Positions 17,579-32,800 of a stretch of DNA of 58,926 bases are shown here, piece by piece. Source of the DNA: Candidatus Egerieenecus sp. (lineage in GTDB: Bacteria; Bacillota; Clostridia; Christensenellales; Aristaeellaceae); NCBI GenBank assembly GCA_048201975.1, contig DBFBGQ010000121.1, forward strand, positions 1-58,926, written 5' to 3'. A program made the position numbers and the translations under genes. Within the stretch, counting starts at the first letter, position 1. Each line of letters starts with the position of its first letter. The notes beneath the pieces were generated by a model that had not been told where the DNA came from, ran no database searches, and saw only the letters and a list, made by a program, of their open reading frames with translations.

Positions 17579-18574
17579 ATGTCAAGGGCGGCGAAGCCGT
17601 TCTTTCAGGATGTGTTGGCCCGCGGCAGACAGTCGGCATACTACCGTTGGTTCTATGCCCTTCCTGAACACCCCCGGTTTCCCGCGGAAGGAGAAATGCC
17701 GGAATATGCCTGCTTCTCCTATGTGGCGCACATGCCCAAGACGGACCTGTCCTGTCCGGAGGCGTGCGCCTACTTTTGCCAGGTGGGCTGCTACTGGATT
17801 CAGGCCTTCGATATAGACGGCTGGCGGCTGGACGTGGCCAATGAGATCAACGACGGCTTTCTGCGCGCCTTCCGCGCCGCGGTCAAGGCTGCTAAGCCAG
17901 ATGCGCTCATCATCGGAGAGGTATGGGAGGATGGGTCGCACTTTTTGCAGGGCGACATGCTGGATTCCTGCATGAATTACGACTTCCGGCGGCTTGCCCT
18001 GCAATTCTTTGCCTGGCGTGCCATTGATGCGGGCGGGTTGGCCGTGGGGCTGCATTGGCTGCTCACCCGCTACAAGGATCCCGCCATGCTTGCCCAGCTC
18101 AATTTGCTGGACAGCCACGATGTGAGCCGCTTTCTGACTGAATGCAGCGGAGATCAGGCGCGCATGCGGCAGGCCGTAGTATTTCAAATGACGTTTCCAG
18201 GCATGCCCTGTGTATTTTACGGCGACGAGCTGGGTCTAACCGGCGCGACCGAGCCGGAATACCGCCAAGCCATGCCGTGGGGCAAGGATCATCGGCTTCG
18301 GGCCCTGTACCGGGAGCTGATTGCCCTGCGCCGCGCGCATCCGGCGCTCCGGCGTGGCCGCTTTCAAGTGGAGTACGCGCAGAACGAGACGCTGATCTAT
18401 GTCCTGGAGGATGCATCGGAACGCATTGCCGTGCTGTTCAATCGCTGGGGAGCGGCAGTGGACGTACAAAACTGGATGAGTCCGCCGGAAACGGAAATTC
18501 TGATCCAATGCGGCGTTACGTCCGGTCAGCTTGCGGCCGGAGGATACCTGATCAGCCGCGTGCCCGCAAAGTGA
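17579..18574 (+). pseudogene. GH13 alpha-amylase-family enzyme (neopullulanase/cyclomaltodextrinase-like), 5'-truncated
   Basis: Conserved regions II (GWRLDVANE), III (IIGEVWE) and IV (LLDSHD) are present. Region I (DxVxNH) and the whole N-terminal portion are missing, and the frame is closed by TAA just upstream. Confidence 0.75.
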
Positions 18575-18584
18575 GGTGCATTCT

Positions 18585-19580
18585 GTGGCGGTTACCATTT
18601 ACGATTTGGCACGGGAGGCAGGCGTTTCCATCGCCACCGTTTCCAAGGCGCTGAACGACAGCTATACCATTTCAGAAAAGACCAAGCAGCACATCATGGA
18701 AACCGCTCGCCGGCTGCAATATAAGCCCAATGCCCGCGCCCGCAGCTTCGCCCGACAAAAAAGCGGCACCGTGATCTTTGCTACCGAATTGTACCAGAAC
18801 ATCGCCTTTGAAAACCCGCATATGTTCGCCATTCTCACCGGCGTTACCCGCTCGCTGGAACAGAAGGGGTATTCGGTGCTGCTGCGGCACATGGAAAAAG
18901 GGGATGCAACCGCCTACGTGCGCGAGTTGATGCAGGAGCGGTTAGCCGACGGCGTCATCCTGCATGCGACGCTGCTCACACGTGATTTGGCCGCCTTTTT
19001 GAGCCATGCCGAAGCGCCCTATCTGGTGATCGGCCGTCCTAACTTTCCTTGCAACATCTGCTGGATGGACGCCAACCATGAACTGGCTGGGGACGTGGCC
19101 ATCTCCTACCTGCTGGATCGAGGCTACCGGCGTATTCTGTACCTGGGCGGCGGCCCGGAAGACGCCATTTCCCAAAGTCGCCTGAAGGGCATGGAAACCA
19201 TTCTCCGGGAGGAGGAACTCTCCATGGAGACGCTCTTTGGCGATACCCCCTTTACCGAGGACGCGGAGGAGCTCAAGCGCAGACTGTCCGGCACAACCCG
19301 TCCGGAGGTGGCGCTGTGCGCCAACAACCGCATCGCCCTGGAATGCCTGCAATGCGTCATGCAGCTGGGGCTGCGTATCCCGCAGGACCTCGCGCTGATG
19401 ACCTTTGACCGTTATCCCTTTTCCCAGCTGCTCATTCCGCACCTCACCGCCGTGGAAGTGGACATGTTCGACATGGGCTGGGAGGCTGCGCGCTTCCTGA
19501 TGCAGAAAATCAAAAAGCCCGGCTTGCAGGCGCAGACCTTCTGCACCACACCCCGGCTGGTGGAAGGGGAATCCACCTAA
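18585..19580 (+). CDS. LacI-family transcriptional regulator
   Basis: N-terminal HTH VTIYDLAREAGVSIATVSKALN plus a periplasmic-binding-protein-like C-domain. I prefer the GTG at 18585 (GAGG 8 nt upstream); the ORF opens at 18576. Confidence 0.85.
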   Translation: MAVTIYDLAREAGVSIATVSKALNDSYTISEKTKQHIMETARRLQYKPNARARSFARQKSGTVIFATELYQNIAFENPHMFAILTGVTRSLEQKGYSVLLRHMEKGDATAYVRELMQERLADGVILHATLLTRDLAAFLSHAEAPYLVIGRPNFPCNICWMDANHELAGDVAISYLLDRGYRRILYLGGGPEDAISQSRLKGMETILREEELSMETLFGDTPFTEDAEELKRRLSGTTRPEVALCANNRIALECLQCVMQLGLRIPQDLALMTFDRYPFSQLLIPHLTAVEVDMFDMGWEAARFLMQKIKKPGLQAQTFCTTPRLVEGEST

Positions 19581-20012
19581 TGAATTTATCAAGACGATTC
19601 TATCCCTCAGCAGTAGCTTGCGCCAGTAAACCGACAATGCAGCATGCTTGCATTTGACGTTTGCTGGCGCGGTTTTTGCGCAACAAACAATCGAGTTCAG
19701 CCACCTTGATCTATCAATCCAAATGATCACGATCCTTCAAAAAGAAGATAAATATGGTTCAGCCCGAATCGCATTCACCCAACCACAAGCAGCGAACAGT
19801 TTGCGAGAATAAGTGTAATAACTCAGTCAGGGCACCGTTCGGCTGATCTTTCGCATTGTAACTGAGGTAATGGGAAACGCCAACGTTTTGGACGCGCTAG
19901 GGTTTCCTAAGCAATTGTAGCAAGCTGAGTATAATGGGGCCGGTTAGAGCAATCACAAAAAACATTTTTGCTGCTATTGCTAAAGAAAACAAAACGGTGT
20001 TATGATGTACTC

Positions 20013-20026
20013 TGAAATCGGTTAGA
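20013..20026. promoter_or_regulatory. cre/LacI-operator-like site TGAAATCGGTTAGA upstream of the ribokinase gene
   Basis: One mismatch to TGNAANCGNTTNCA. It sits just downstream of a TTGCTA-(17-18 nt)-TATGAT promoter-like pair. Confidence 0.3.
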
Positions 20027-20149
20027 AAAACGGTTTACTGCCTGGGCACTGTATGCCTGGCACGCAAAGTCGCACGGAAATATGAAAAATACCGATTTTA
20101 TTGCTGCTTGGAAGGGCAATCAAATCCACAAAATCGGAGGTGTATGCAG

Positions 20150-21040
20150 ATGAAGATACTCGTTTTCGGATCCTTAAACATTGATCATGTGTACCGCATG
20201 CCACACCTTGTACGGGCAGGGGAGACCATTGCCTCCATCAGTTATCAGAAAAATGCAGGCGGAAAGGGACTGAACCAGGCCATTGCACTGGCCAAAGCCG
20301 GTCAGGCGGTTCGCTTTGCCGGAGCGATAGGCAAAGACGGCCTGTTCCTGCGAGAGTACCTGGAAGACTGCGGCGTGGACATATCCTTGCTTCAGGTGTT
20401 GGATGAACCCACCGGGCACGCCATGATCCAACTGGATTCCGACGGCCAGAACGCCATTGTCCTTTACGGTGGTGCTAATCAGAAGATCACTGCGGAGATG
20501 ATCCGTGAGGTGCTGGAGGGCTTTGACCCCGGAGATTTTCTGCTGTTGCAAAATGAAATCAATCTGTTGCCGGAAATTGTGCGCCAGGCAAAAGCAAAGG
20601 GCATGCAGATTGTCTTGAATCCTTCACCCATGAGCGACACGCTGCGTTTGCTACTGCCACAGGTGGACTGGCTGATTCTCAACGAGGTGGAGGGGGAGGA
20701 TCTCACCGGTTGCGCGGACCCTGAAACGATGGTGCGCGCGTTGCTGGCAATGCAACCGGCCTGCCGTATCGTATTGACGCTAGGTGCCCAAGGGGCAATG
20801 TATGCAGACCACGGAAAGCGCTGTATTCAGCCAGCCTTCCATGTGGAAACGGTGGACACCACTGCAGCAGGTGACACCTTTACCGGTTTTTTCCTCAGCG
20901 GTATGCTGGAGGGGCAGTCCGTGGAAGATGCCTTGCTGCTGGCTGCTAAAGCAGCGGCAATTGCTGTTAGCCGTTCTGGGGCAAGCAAGTCCATTCCTTC
21001 CCTGCAGGAGGTTACCACTGTAAAAATCGGCGCCGAATGA
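20150..21040 (+). CDS. rbsK: Ribokinase (PfkB family)
   Basis: GGKGLNQA and DTTAAGDTF motifs. ATG at 20150 lies 9 nt after GGAGG. Confidence 0.85.
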   Translation: MKILVFGSLNIDHVYRMPHLVRAGETIASISYQKNAGGKGLNQAIALAKAGQAVRFAGAIGKDGLFLREYLEDCGVDISLLQVLDEPTGHAMIQLDSDGQNAIVLYGGANQKITAEMIREVLEGFDPGDFLLLQNEINLLPEIVRQAKAKGMQIVLNPSPMSDTLRLLLPQVDWLILNEVEGEDLTGCADPETMVRALLAMQPACRIVLTLGAQGAMYADHGKRCIQPAFHVETVDTTAAGDTFTGFFLSGMLEGQSVEDALLLAAKAAAIAVSRSGASKSIPSLQEVTTVKIGAE

Positions 21041-21312
21041 TATAGACCATGAAGGTCTGGCTTCAAAACATGAATGCCAACGGAGCTTTTTTCTGCGCAT
21101 ACGCCATATGGACGCGGCGCCGCCCACAAGCTATACAGTCCAAGCTTTCCGCCATCATCCGACCAGGTTAGGGAAATAAGGACGTTTTTCCTATGTTTTT
21201 TCGAACAACCCAGCCTTTTCGGAGATTCTGGAGACAAATTTCCACCGAGGTCTTGCCTTTTCTCCGGCGATGTGGTATGATGACAACGCTGATTTCGAGG
21301 AGGTTGCACGCA

Positions 21313-21558
21313 ATGGATGTACTGTACGTTATTTTTTCCGTGGTGATCGTCATTGCCGCGCTGATCATGATCGTGACGGTGCTGCTTCAGCAGGGCAATG
21401 TTCGCGGCCTGGGCGCCATTACCGGCCAGTTGGATAGCTACTTCAGCAAGAACAAGGCCAAGACGGTCGAAGCCAAGCTGGCGTTGATCACCAAGATCAG
21501 CGCGGCGGTGTTTGTGGTGCTGTCGTTGGCGCTGCTGATTGTGGATAAGTTCGCCTGA
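21313..21558 (+). CDS. secG: Preprotein translocase subunit SecG
   Basis: An ~80-aa two-TM protein with the LLQQGNVRGLGA motif. GAGGAGG RBS, and a TTGCCT-17-TGgTATGAT promoter upstream. Confidence 0.85.
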   Translation: MDVLYVIFSVVIVIAALIMIVTVLLQQGNVRGLGAITGQLDSYFSKNKAKTVEAKLALITKISAAVFVVLSLALLIVDKFA

Positions 21559-21581
21559 GCATACACGCTTGCAAGCAACGC

Positions 21582-21613
21582 GGAGAGCCTTTTGCAAGGG
21601 CTCTCCTTTTTTT
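21582..21613 (+). terminator. Rho-independent terminator of secG
   Basis: GGAGAGCC / GGGCTCTCC stem followed by TTTTTTT. Confidence 0.8.
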
Positions 21614-21791
21614 GTATCACCCCGTGCAGAAAGAAAACCCCTTTCTCGACAGCTTCTCCCACTGGCGCGAAGCGCCTTTTTATGGTATACTATTTCCAGT
21701 TGCCGTTTGATTGCGGTGGAACGTGTTGACCATGCCTCGGCAAATAGACGAAGCTTTTTTTCATGAATGGGCGAAGGAGGATACCGCGCCG

Positions 21792-22115
21792 ATGTTTACA
21801 CCCAGGGTGAAGAATCCGCAAACGGATCTGTTAATGAAGGCCGTGCTATCCTTGGAGGATGAAGAAGCGGCTTATCGCTTTTTTGAGGATGTGTGCACCG
21901 TGGCGGAGTTCAAGAGCATGGCCCAGCGGCTGGAAGTGGCCGTATTGCTTCGCCAGGGCATAACGTATCAGGAAATTGTCAAACGCACGGGCGCATCCTC
22001 CACCACCATCAGCCGGGTGAACCGCGCGTTATTGTATGGGGCAGAGGGGTATCATCACGTGTTGAACCGGTTGGAGCAGGAAGATGCGGCGCTCCTGGCC
22101 CCAGCGGAGCAATAA
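21792..22115 (+). CDS. yerC: YerC/YecD-family (TrpR-like) DNA-binding protein
   Basis: EEAYRFFEDVCTVAEFKSMAQRLEVAVLLRQGITYQEIVKRTGASSTTISRVNRAL matches the YerC pattern. ATG follows GAAGGAGGA. Confidence 0.75.
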   Translation: MFTPRVKNPQTDLLMKAVLSLEDEEAAYRFFEDVCTVAEFKSMAQRLEVAVLLRQGITYQEIVKRTGASSTTISRVNRALLYGAEGYHHVLNRLEQEDAALLAPAEQ

Positions 22116-22230
22116 AGCTTTTTTGTGGTATTCCTTTTGATGCAGGCGCGGAGACGCGCTTGTTTCTTATCGTTCTTCCGCAATTGGGAAGAACGCATGA
22201 ACGCGACGCGGAGATAAGGAGTAACAAACC

Positions 22231-26483
<4,253 letters not shown>

Positions 26484-26488
26484 TCCCT

Positions 26489-26533
26489 AAAAAAGTGGGC
26501 AGCATCCGATGCATGGACGCTGCCCACTTTTTT
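26489..26533. terminator. Bidirectional rho-independent terminator between ligA and the DUF308 gene
   Basis: GTGGGCAGC / GCTGCCCAC stem flanked by AAAAAA and TTTTTT. Confidence 0.8.
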
Positions 26534-26541
26534 GTTATGGA

Positions 26542-27120
26542 TCAAGGCCGGTTGTTCTTTTTCCATTCGTCAATACGTTTCCCCACCAGCAGAATGGTAA
26601 CCATATCCGTAATCCCGTCATAGATCAGACTGGCGCCGATAACGGCCACCGCCACCTGGGCAGAAGCAAAGGGGTTCATCGTCAGCACGAGCCCCAGCGC
26701 GATGGTCAGGGCAGCCAGCACCAGCAGGAACAGCCAACGCTCATACCCGGCGCGCTTGGCATCCATGGCCCGCTGCACTCCGCCGATGCCGCTGGCAAGC
26801 AGCGCGATGCCAAAGACAACGGGTATGAACCCTGCGACAAATTCCACACGGCATACAATGAATAACCCGATGGCCAGCAGAAACAGGCCGATCATCAGGT
26901 CCCCGCGAAACAGCTCCGGATAAACGTCCCCTTGCCGGGCATAGCGAATGATGCGCATGACGCCGTAGATCAGCGCAAGCCCGCCCAGCAGGTAGCAAAC
27001 CACCTGAATGGCAATTCCGGGAAACAGCAGCAGCACCAGGCCGAGCACCACGGAAATCAACGACGAAATGAGCCACGTCTTTTTCAGTTTGGCGAAAAAT
27101 GTTTTCCAATTCATAATCAA
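26542..27120 (-). CDS. HdeD/DUF308-family membrane protein
   Basis: Six hydrophobic segments with repeated GxxLLxxG-like DUF308 units. Confidence 0.7.
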   Translation of the reverse strand: MIMNWKTFFAKLKKTWLISSLISVVLGLVLLLFPGIAIQVVCYLLGGLALIYGVMRIIRYARQGDVYPELFRGDLMIGLFLLAIGLFIVCRVEFVAGFIPVVFGIALLASGIGGVQRAMDAKRAGYERWLFLLVLAALTIALGLVLTMNPFASAQVAVAVIGASLIYDGITDMVTILLVGKRIDEWKKNNRP

Positions 27121-27324
27121 ACCTCCCGTTGGCTTTTACCGGCGGTCAGGCCGACCGGCCGCCCCTTTGGAATTTCAGTTTACTACATTTGACGGTGGAT
27201 TGCAAGGCAGGGAAATGGCAGCGCCAGCGCAAATATATACGAACTTTTTTTGAAAAAGCACTTCCAATATTCGCTGTTTTGTGGTATAATCCCGTCGATA
27301 CGTAAACGTAAAGGAGCGAGCCCC

Positions 27325-28146
27325 GTGGAGAAAATTCGCCGTAATGAGCGCATGAGCGCCATGATGAAAATACTGTCCGCATCGCCCAACCACATTTTCA
27401 CGCTTTCCTATTTCTGCGACCTGTTCGGCGCAGCAAAGTCCACCATGAGCGAGGATATCGACATTCTGCGGGATGTGGTGAAAACCTTCGAGCTGGGGGA
27501 GCTGGAGACAGTGACCGGCGCGGCGGGAGGCGTGCGCTATCGTCCTCGTACGGCTCGGGCCTCCTCCCGCGCATACATCGCCTCCCTTTGTGAAAAGCTA
27601 AGCAACGAAAATCGGGTGCTTCCCGGCGGTTTTCTCTACTATTCCGACATTCTCTCCAATCCGCAGATCGTGCAACGCATGGGAGAGATCCTTGCCGCGG
27701 AATACTATGCGTCTGCGCCGGACTTTGTGCTCACCATGGAAACCAAGGGCATCCCCGTGGCGCTCATGACCGCCAACGCTCTGGGCGTGCCGCTGGTCAT
27801 TGCCCGTCGTTCCAGCAAGGTTTACGAAGGTTCGGCAGTGAACATCAATTATGTTTCCGGATCCTCCGGGCACATCGAGACCATGTCCCTTTCCCGCCGG
27901 GCGGTCCAGGAGGGTCAACGGGCGCTGATCATCGACGACTTTATCAAGGCGGGCGGAACCGCCAAGGGCATGATCGATTTGATGCACGAGTTCAACGTGA
28001 CGGTGGTGGGCCTGGGGTTTGTCATGTCCACCGCACAGCCGCAGAAAAAGCGCGTGCAGGGCGAAAAGGCGCTGATGGTGATGGAAATCACCCAGGAGGA
28101 TACGCCGCAGGCCAAGGTGCAGCCCGCCGCGTGGCTCAACACCTGA
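27325..28146 (+). CDS. purR: Purine operon repressor PurR
   Basis: N-terminal winged-helix region RRNERMSAMMKIL plus a PRTase-like domain with ALIIDDFIKAGGTAKG. GTG follows AAAGGAG. Confidence 0.9.
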   Translation: MEKIRRNERMSAMMKILSASPNHIFTLSYFCDLFGAAKSTMSEDIDILRDVVKTFELGELETVTGAAGGVRYRPRTARASSRAYIASLCEKLSNENRVLPGGFLYYSDILSNPQIVQRMGEILAAEYYASAPDFVLTMETKGIPVALMTANALGVPLVIARRSSKVYEGSAVNINYVSGSSGHIETMSLSRRAVQEGQRALIIDDFIKAGGTAKGMIDLMHEFNVTVVGLGFVMSTAQPQKKRVQGEKALMVMEITQEDTPQAKVQPAAWLNT

Positions 28147-28162
28147 TGAAAGGAGCGTTTCC

Positions 28163-29167
28163 GTGAAAACCATTGCGCTGATCCTGGCGGCTGGACGCGA
28201 AAATCAAATGCGCTCCGGCAGGGCGAAGGAGCTTCATCAACTGGTGGGGAAATCCCTGCTGGAGACCACAGCGGAAACGTTGCGGCCCCTGGTGGACAAA
28301 ACCATTGTCGTGCTTGGCCATCATGCCCAGGAATTGCAGCCCGCGCTGCCCTCCTGGTGCGAAAGCTGCGTGCAGGACTTCTCCCTGGGCTTTGGCACTG
28401 CCAAGGCCGCTCTTGCGGCGCTCCCTTACATGGAGGAAGACGCGCGGATTCTGATCACTGCCGGGGACAAGCCCTGCGTTTCGCCGGCTTCCTACCGTTC
28501 GCTGCTGGAGGCCGTGGACGGTCAGCGCTACCATGCCGCGCTGCTGTATGCGGATGTGGACCATCCCGAGGGATACGACCGGGTCATTTTTGACGGGGAC
28601 GGGGATGTGCGGCGCGTCGCCCATGCGGACCGCTTGCTGCCCCCGGAGGAGGAGATCGTCTCCATCAACGTGGGCGTATACTGCTTTACCTATGCCGTGC
28701 TGCGCAAAGCGTTGCTGGACATGGAGCCGGACGTCCATCAGGTTTACCACATCAGCGATCAGATCCACGGCATTGCCGCCAGCCATGGGGTGGCGGCCGT
28801 GGCGGTGGGCCACCCGCAGGAGGGGCGGCGCATCGTAAGCCGCGCGGACTTGGCGGAGGCCACCATGTTTATCGTACGCCGCAATTGCCAGCGGCTTATG
28901 CGCGCCGGCGTCACTCTGCTGGATCCTGCCAATACCTATGTGGAAGAGGATGTGGAAGTGGGGCAGGATACCATCATTTATCCGGGCTGCGTACTGCAGC
29001 GTGGTACACGCATCGGCGCGCGCTGCGTGCTGTATCCCGGCTGCCGCCTGGTGCGCACCGTGGTCGGCGATGAGGTTGTTCTGGAACAGGTGGTAGCGGA
29101 GGACAGCGAAATCGCTTCCGGCAGCCATGTGGGTCCCTTTGTACTAATGCGCGGAGAGCGGGGATAA
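28163..29167 (+). CDS. GlmU-like protein, C-terminally truncated with a degenerate uridyltransferase signature (possibly a pseudogene)
   Basis: Collinear with GlmU up to the start of the left-handed beta-helix and ends at GPFVLMRGERG. The N-terminal signature is LAAGRENQM instead of LAAG(K/Q)GTRM. It occupies the canonical glmU position between purR and pth. Confidence 0.65.
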   Translation: MKTIALILAAGRENQMRSGRAKELHQLVGKSLLETTAETLRPLVDKTIVVLGHHAQELQPALPSWCESCVQDFSLGFGTAKAALAALPYMEEDARILITAGDKPCVSPASYRSLLEAVDGQRYHAALLYADVDHPEGYDRVIFDGDGDVRRVAHADRLLPPEEEIVSINVGVYCFTYAVLRKALLDMEPDVHQVYHISDQIHGIAASHGVAAVAVGHPQEGRRIVSRADLAEATMFIVRRNCQRLMRAGVTLLDPANTYVEEDVEVGQDTIIYPGCVLQRGTRIGARCVLYPGCRLVRTVVGDEVVLEQVVAEDSEIASGSHVGPFVLMRGERG

Positions 29168-29222
29168 AGCAAAATTCCGCTTTCCGGCAGGAGAATGGCC
29201 AGGAGAAATCGAATGAAAAAAC

Positions 29223-29265
29223 TTCGCGGGGCGGGGGAACCTCCTCCCCGCGAAATGGTGTTTTT
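29223..29265 (+). terminator. Possible terminator or attenuator hairpin between the glmU-like gene and pth
   Basis: TTCGCGGGG / CCCCGCGAA stem. The T-run begins 6 nt after the stem. Confidence 0.35.
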
Positions 29266-29285
29266 GGGGAAAGAAGGATGATCCC

Positions 29286-29864
29286 ATGGAGAAGGAAACA
29301 TGGATTGTCGTGGGCCTGGGAAATCCGGGGCTGACCTATGCGCATACCCGCCACAATGTGGGATTTGAGGTGACGGATCTGCTCAGCCGGCGCTGGAATG
29401 CGCCGCTGCACAAGCGCAAATGCAAAGGGCTTCTGGCGGAAACCAGCGTGAAGGATCGCCGTGTGGTGCTCTGCCAGCCACAGACCTATATGAATTTGAG
29501 CGGAGAATGCGTGGAGGAGCTATTGCAGTGGTATAAGGTTCCGCTGGACCACCTGCTGATCATCTATGACGACATTGATTTGCCGCTGGCAAAGCTGCGC
29601 GTGCGGAAGGCCGGCAGCGCAGGCACGCACAACGGCATGCGCTCCATTCTGGCCCATGTGCCCGGGCAGGAATTCCCACGGATCCGTGTGGGCGTGGGCG
29701 CAAAGCCCGAGGGCTGGGAACTTGCGGACTGGGTCCTCAGCCGCTATGCCCTGCGGGAAGAGCAGGAGGCCATGGCGCAAGCCTTCCAAGACGCAGCCGA
29801 TTGCGTGGAAGTCTGGCTGGAGCATGGCATCGAGGACGCCATGCAGCGCTATAACCATAAGTAA
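29286..29864 (+). CDS. pth: Peptidyl-tRNA hydrolase
   Basis: VGLGNPGLTYAHTRHNVGF N-terminal signature. Located upstream of mfd. Confidence 0.95.
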   Translation: MEKETWIVVGLGNPGLTYAHTRHNVGFEVTDLLSRRWNAPLHKRKCKGLLAETSVKDRRVVLCQPQTYMNLSGECVEELLQWYKVPLDHLLIIYDDIDLPLAKLRVRKAGSAGTHNGMRSILAHVPGQEFPRIRVGVGAKPEGWELADWVLSRYALREEQEAMAQAFQDAADCVEVWLEHGIEDAMQRYNHK

Positions 29865-29881
29865 GCAACGTGGAGGGCATC

Positions 29882-32800
29882 ATGAATCAAGGGTTGCTGA
29901 CGGGAGGCAAAACAGCTGCGCTGGGGCAGCTGCTGGATGCGCTGAGGGAAGGGAAAACCGCCGCCGTATACGATCTGCCGGAAAGCCAGGCCGCATACCT
30001 GGCTGCATTGACCACCCATCTCACTGGAAAGCGCGTGCTGCTGGTGCTGCCCAACGATCTGGCTGCCGGAAAAGCGGCGGACGATGCCCAGCAGCTGCTG
30101 GGAGGACAAGCAGCATGCCTTCCCGGCGGAGAAATCGAGCTGGGGCGCGGCGCATCCAGCCACGAAGGGGACTGGCGGCGTTTGGAGACACTGCAGCGGG
30201 CGGTGAGCGGCGATTTGCGTCTGCTTTGCACCTCCATCGATGCGCTCATGCTGCGCATGTCCTCCCCGGACCTTTTCAAGGCGGCCATCCTTCGCCTGGC
30301 GCCGGGAGATCGCTTCGGTCCGGATAAGCTGATCCATGCCTTGGTAGGTATGGGCTACGAACGGGTAGAGATGGTGGAAGGCAAAGGGCAGTGCGCGCTG
30401 CGGGGTTCCATTGTGGATTGCTATCCCCCCGCGGGAAGCGTGGCGCTGCGCCTGGAATTTTTTGACGACGAAGTCGACTCCATACGCACCTTTGACTGCA
30501 TCAGCCAGCGCAGTCAGGAAAAGCGCGCCTCCTGCGTTCTTGCCCCTGCCACGGAAGTGGTGCTGGATCAAGCGGGGATGTCCGCCGGGGCGGAGCGCCT
30601 GCGGCAGGCGGCAGGCCTGCTTGGGCAGGAAACCGCCGGGGAAAAGGCGCTCTTTGACGATCTACCTCCGCTGCCCGAGGATGATGACGAGCTTCCCTCC
30701 TTTTTCGATGAGCAGATTGCGCCCCGGGTCCAAACGGCTCAAGCAGCCGCGGAGCTTGGGCGGCGCGTGGACCGCGTGCAAGCTGACGCTAATTTGCTGG
30801 CGGGGGGCGTTCCCTTCAAGCGAATGCGCTCCTGGCTGCCGGTGCTCACCGACGCGCGCTATACCGTCAACGACTGGTTTGAGGCTCCCTACGTTTTTCT
30901 GGTGCAGCCGGATCAACTGCGGCAACGCAGCGAGGAGCGCCGCCTGGGCTTTGGGGAAGATCTGCGCAGCGCCATGGAGCGCGGCGAAGCCGTGCAGGCG
31001 CAGGAAAAGCTGCTGCTGACCTATGAGGAAACGTTGAACACGCTGCAGGGCTGTAGCCTGGCAACCGTATCGGAATTTCTTCGCGGTATGGGCGGCGTGA
31101 AGCCTCAGGTGGCGATCCCCTTAGGAAGCCGCGGCGTGGCCGGATACCAAAACCAGGTGAAGGTTTTGCGGGAGGATTGCGAAAAGTGGCGCCAGGAGGG
31201 TTTCTGCGTGGCGCTGCTCTCCGGCGGCGTGGCCCGCGGCAAGCGTCTGGCCGAAGCGCTCAACGAGCTGGGGACTCCTGCCACATTCACGGAAAATCTT
31301 CTGGGAAACCTGATCCTGGGCGAGGTGCTGGTGCTGCCCATGACGCTTTCCAAGGGCTTTGTTTGGCCCGAAGCGAAGCTTGTCATCGTTTCCGACACGG
31401 AGCTGTACGGCGCGGGATACCGCAAGGCCAAGACCCGGCGGAACAGCGGCGAGCGCATCGCCGCCTTTACGGACCTGAAGGTGGGGGACTATGTGGTCCA
31501 TGAGGATCACGGCGTGGGCATCTACCAGGGAACCGTGCGCCTGCAGAGCGAGGGAACCTACCGGGACTATCTGGCGATTCAATACATGGGCAGCGACAAG
31601 CTCTATGTGCCCACCGAGCAGCTGGACCGGATCCAGCGCTATATCGGCAACCCCAACGCTGCGCCCAAGCTCAATCGTCTGGGCGGCGGAGAATGGCAGC
31701 GGCAAAAGAGCAAGGTAAAGGCGGGGCTCAAGGAATTGGCCTTTGACCTGGTCAAGCTCTACGCCGCCCGTGAGCAGCACAAGGGCCACGCATTCGGCGC
31801 GGATACGCTTTGGCAAAAGCAATTCGAGGATCAGTTTCCTTATGAGCTCACACCGGATCAGGAACAATCCGTGCGGGAAATTACCCAGGACATGGAATCG
31901 GACCGCAACATGGACCGGTTGCTGTGCGGCGACGTGGGGTACGGGAAAACGGAGGTCAGCCTGCGGGCCGCTTTCAAAGCGGTGATGGACAGCAAGCAGG
32001 TGGCCATTTTGGCGCCCACCACCATTCTGGCCCAGCAGCACTACCACACCGTGCAGCGGCGATTCGCAGGATTCCCTGTGGAGTGCGATGTGCTCAGCCG
32101 CTTCCGTACCACCAAGGAGCAAAAGGACGTAATCCAGCGCCTGGCGGAGGGAAAAATCGACATCCTGGTAGGCACGCACCGCATTCTGGCCAAGGATGTA
32201 AAATTCAAGGACCTGGGCCTGCTAATTGTGGACGAGGAGCAGCGCTTTGGCGTGGCGCACAAAGAAATTATCAAAAATATGAAAAATCAAGTGGATGTGC
32301 TGACGCTTTCCGCCACGCCCATTCCGCGCACGTTGCATATGTCCATGGTAGGCATTCGGGATATGAGCGTGCTGGAGACGCCGCCGGAGGAGCGTCTCCC
32401 CGTGCAGACCCATGTGGTGGAGTATGCCGATGCGATCATCCGTGACGCCATCCTCCGTGAACTCAGTCGCGGCGGCCAGGTATACTTTTTGTACAATCGG
32501 GTACATTCCATCGAGCAGTTCTACCAACGTCTCCGGGCGCTGGTGCCGGAGGCGCGCATCGGCATTGCCCATGGCCAGATGAAGGAGCACGGCCTGGAAG
32601 ATGTGATGATGGACTTTTATGAAGGAAACTATGATGTGCTTCTGTGCACCACCATCATTGAAAGCGGTTTGGACGTGCCCAGCGCGAATACGCTGATCGT
32701 TTTTGACGCGGATCGCTTCGGTCTAAGCCAGCTGTATCAGCTGCGCGGCCGGGTGGGGCGCAGCAACCGGCAAGCCTACGCCTACTTCACCGTACGACCG

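Noticed and set aside
20040-20075. Sigma-54-like TGGCAC-N-TCGCA and duplicated TGCCTGG(G)CA motifs upstream of rbsK
   Set aside because: The GG-to-GC spacing is off by one, the -12 element is TCGCA rather than TTGCA, and sigma-54 promoters tolerate spacing changes poorly. No enhancer-binding protein gene is nearby.
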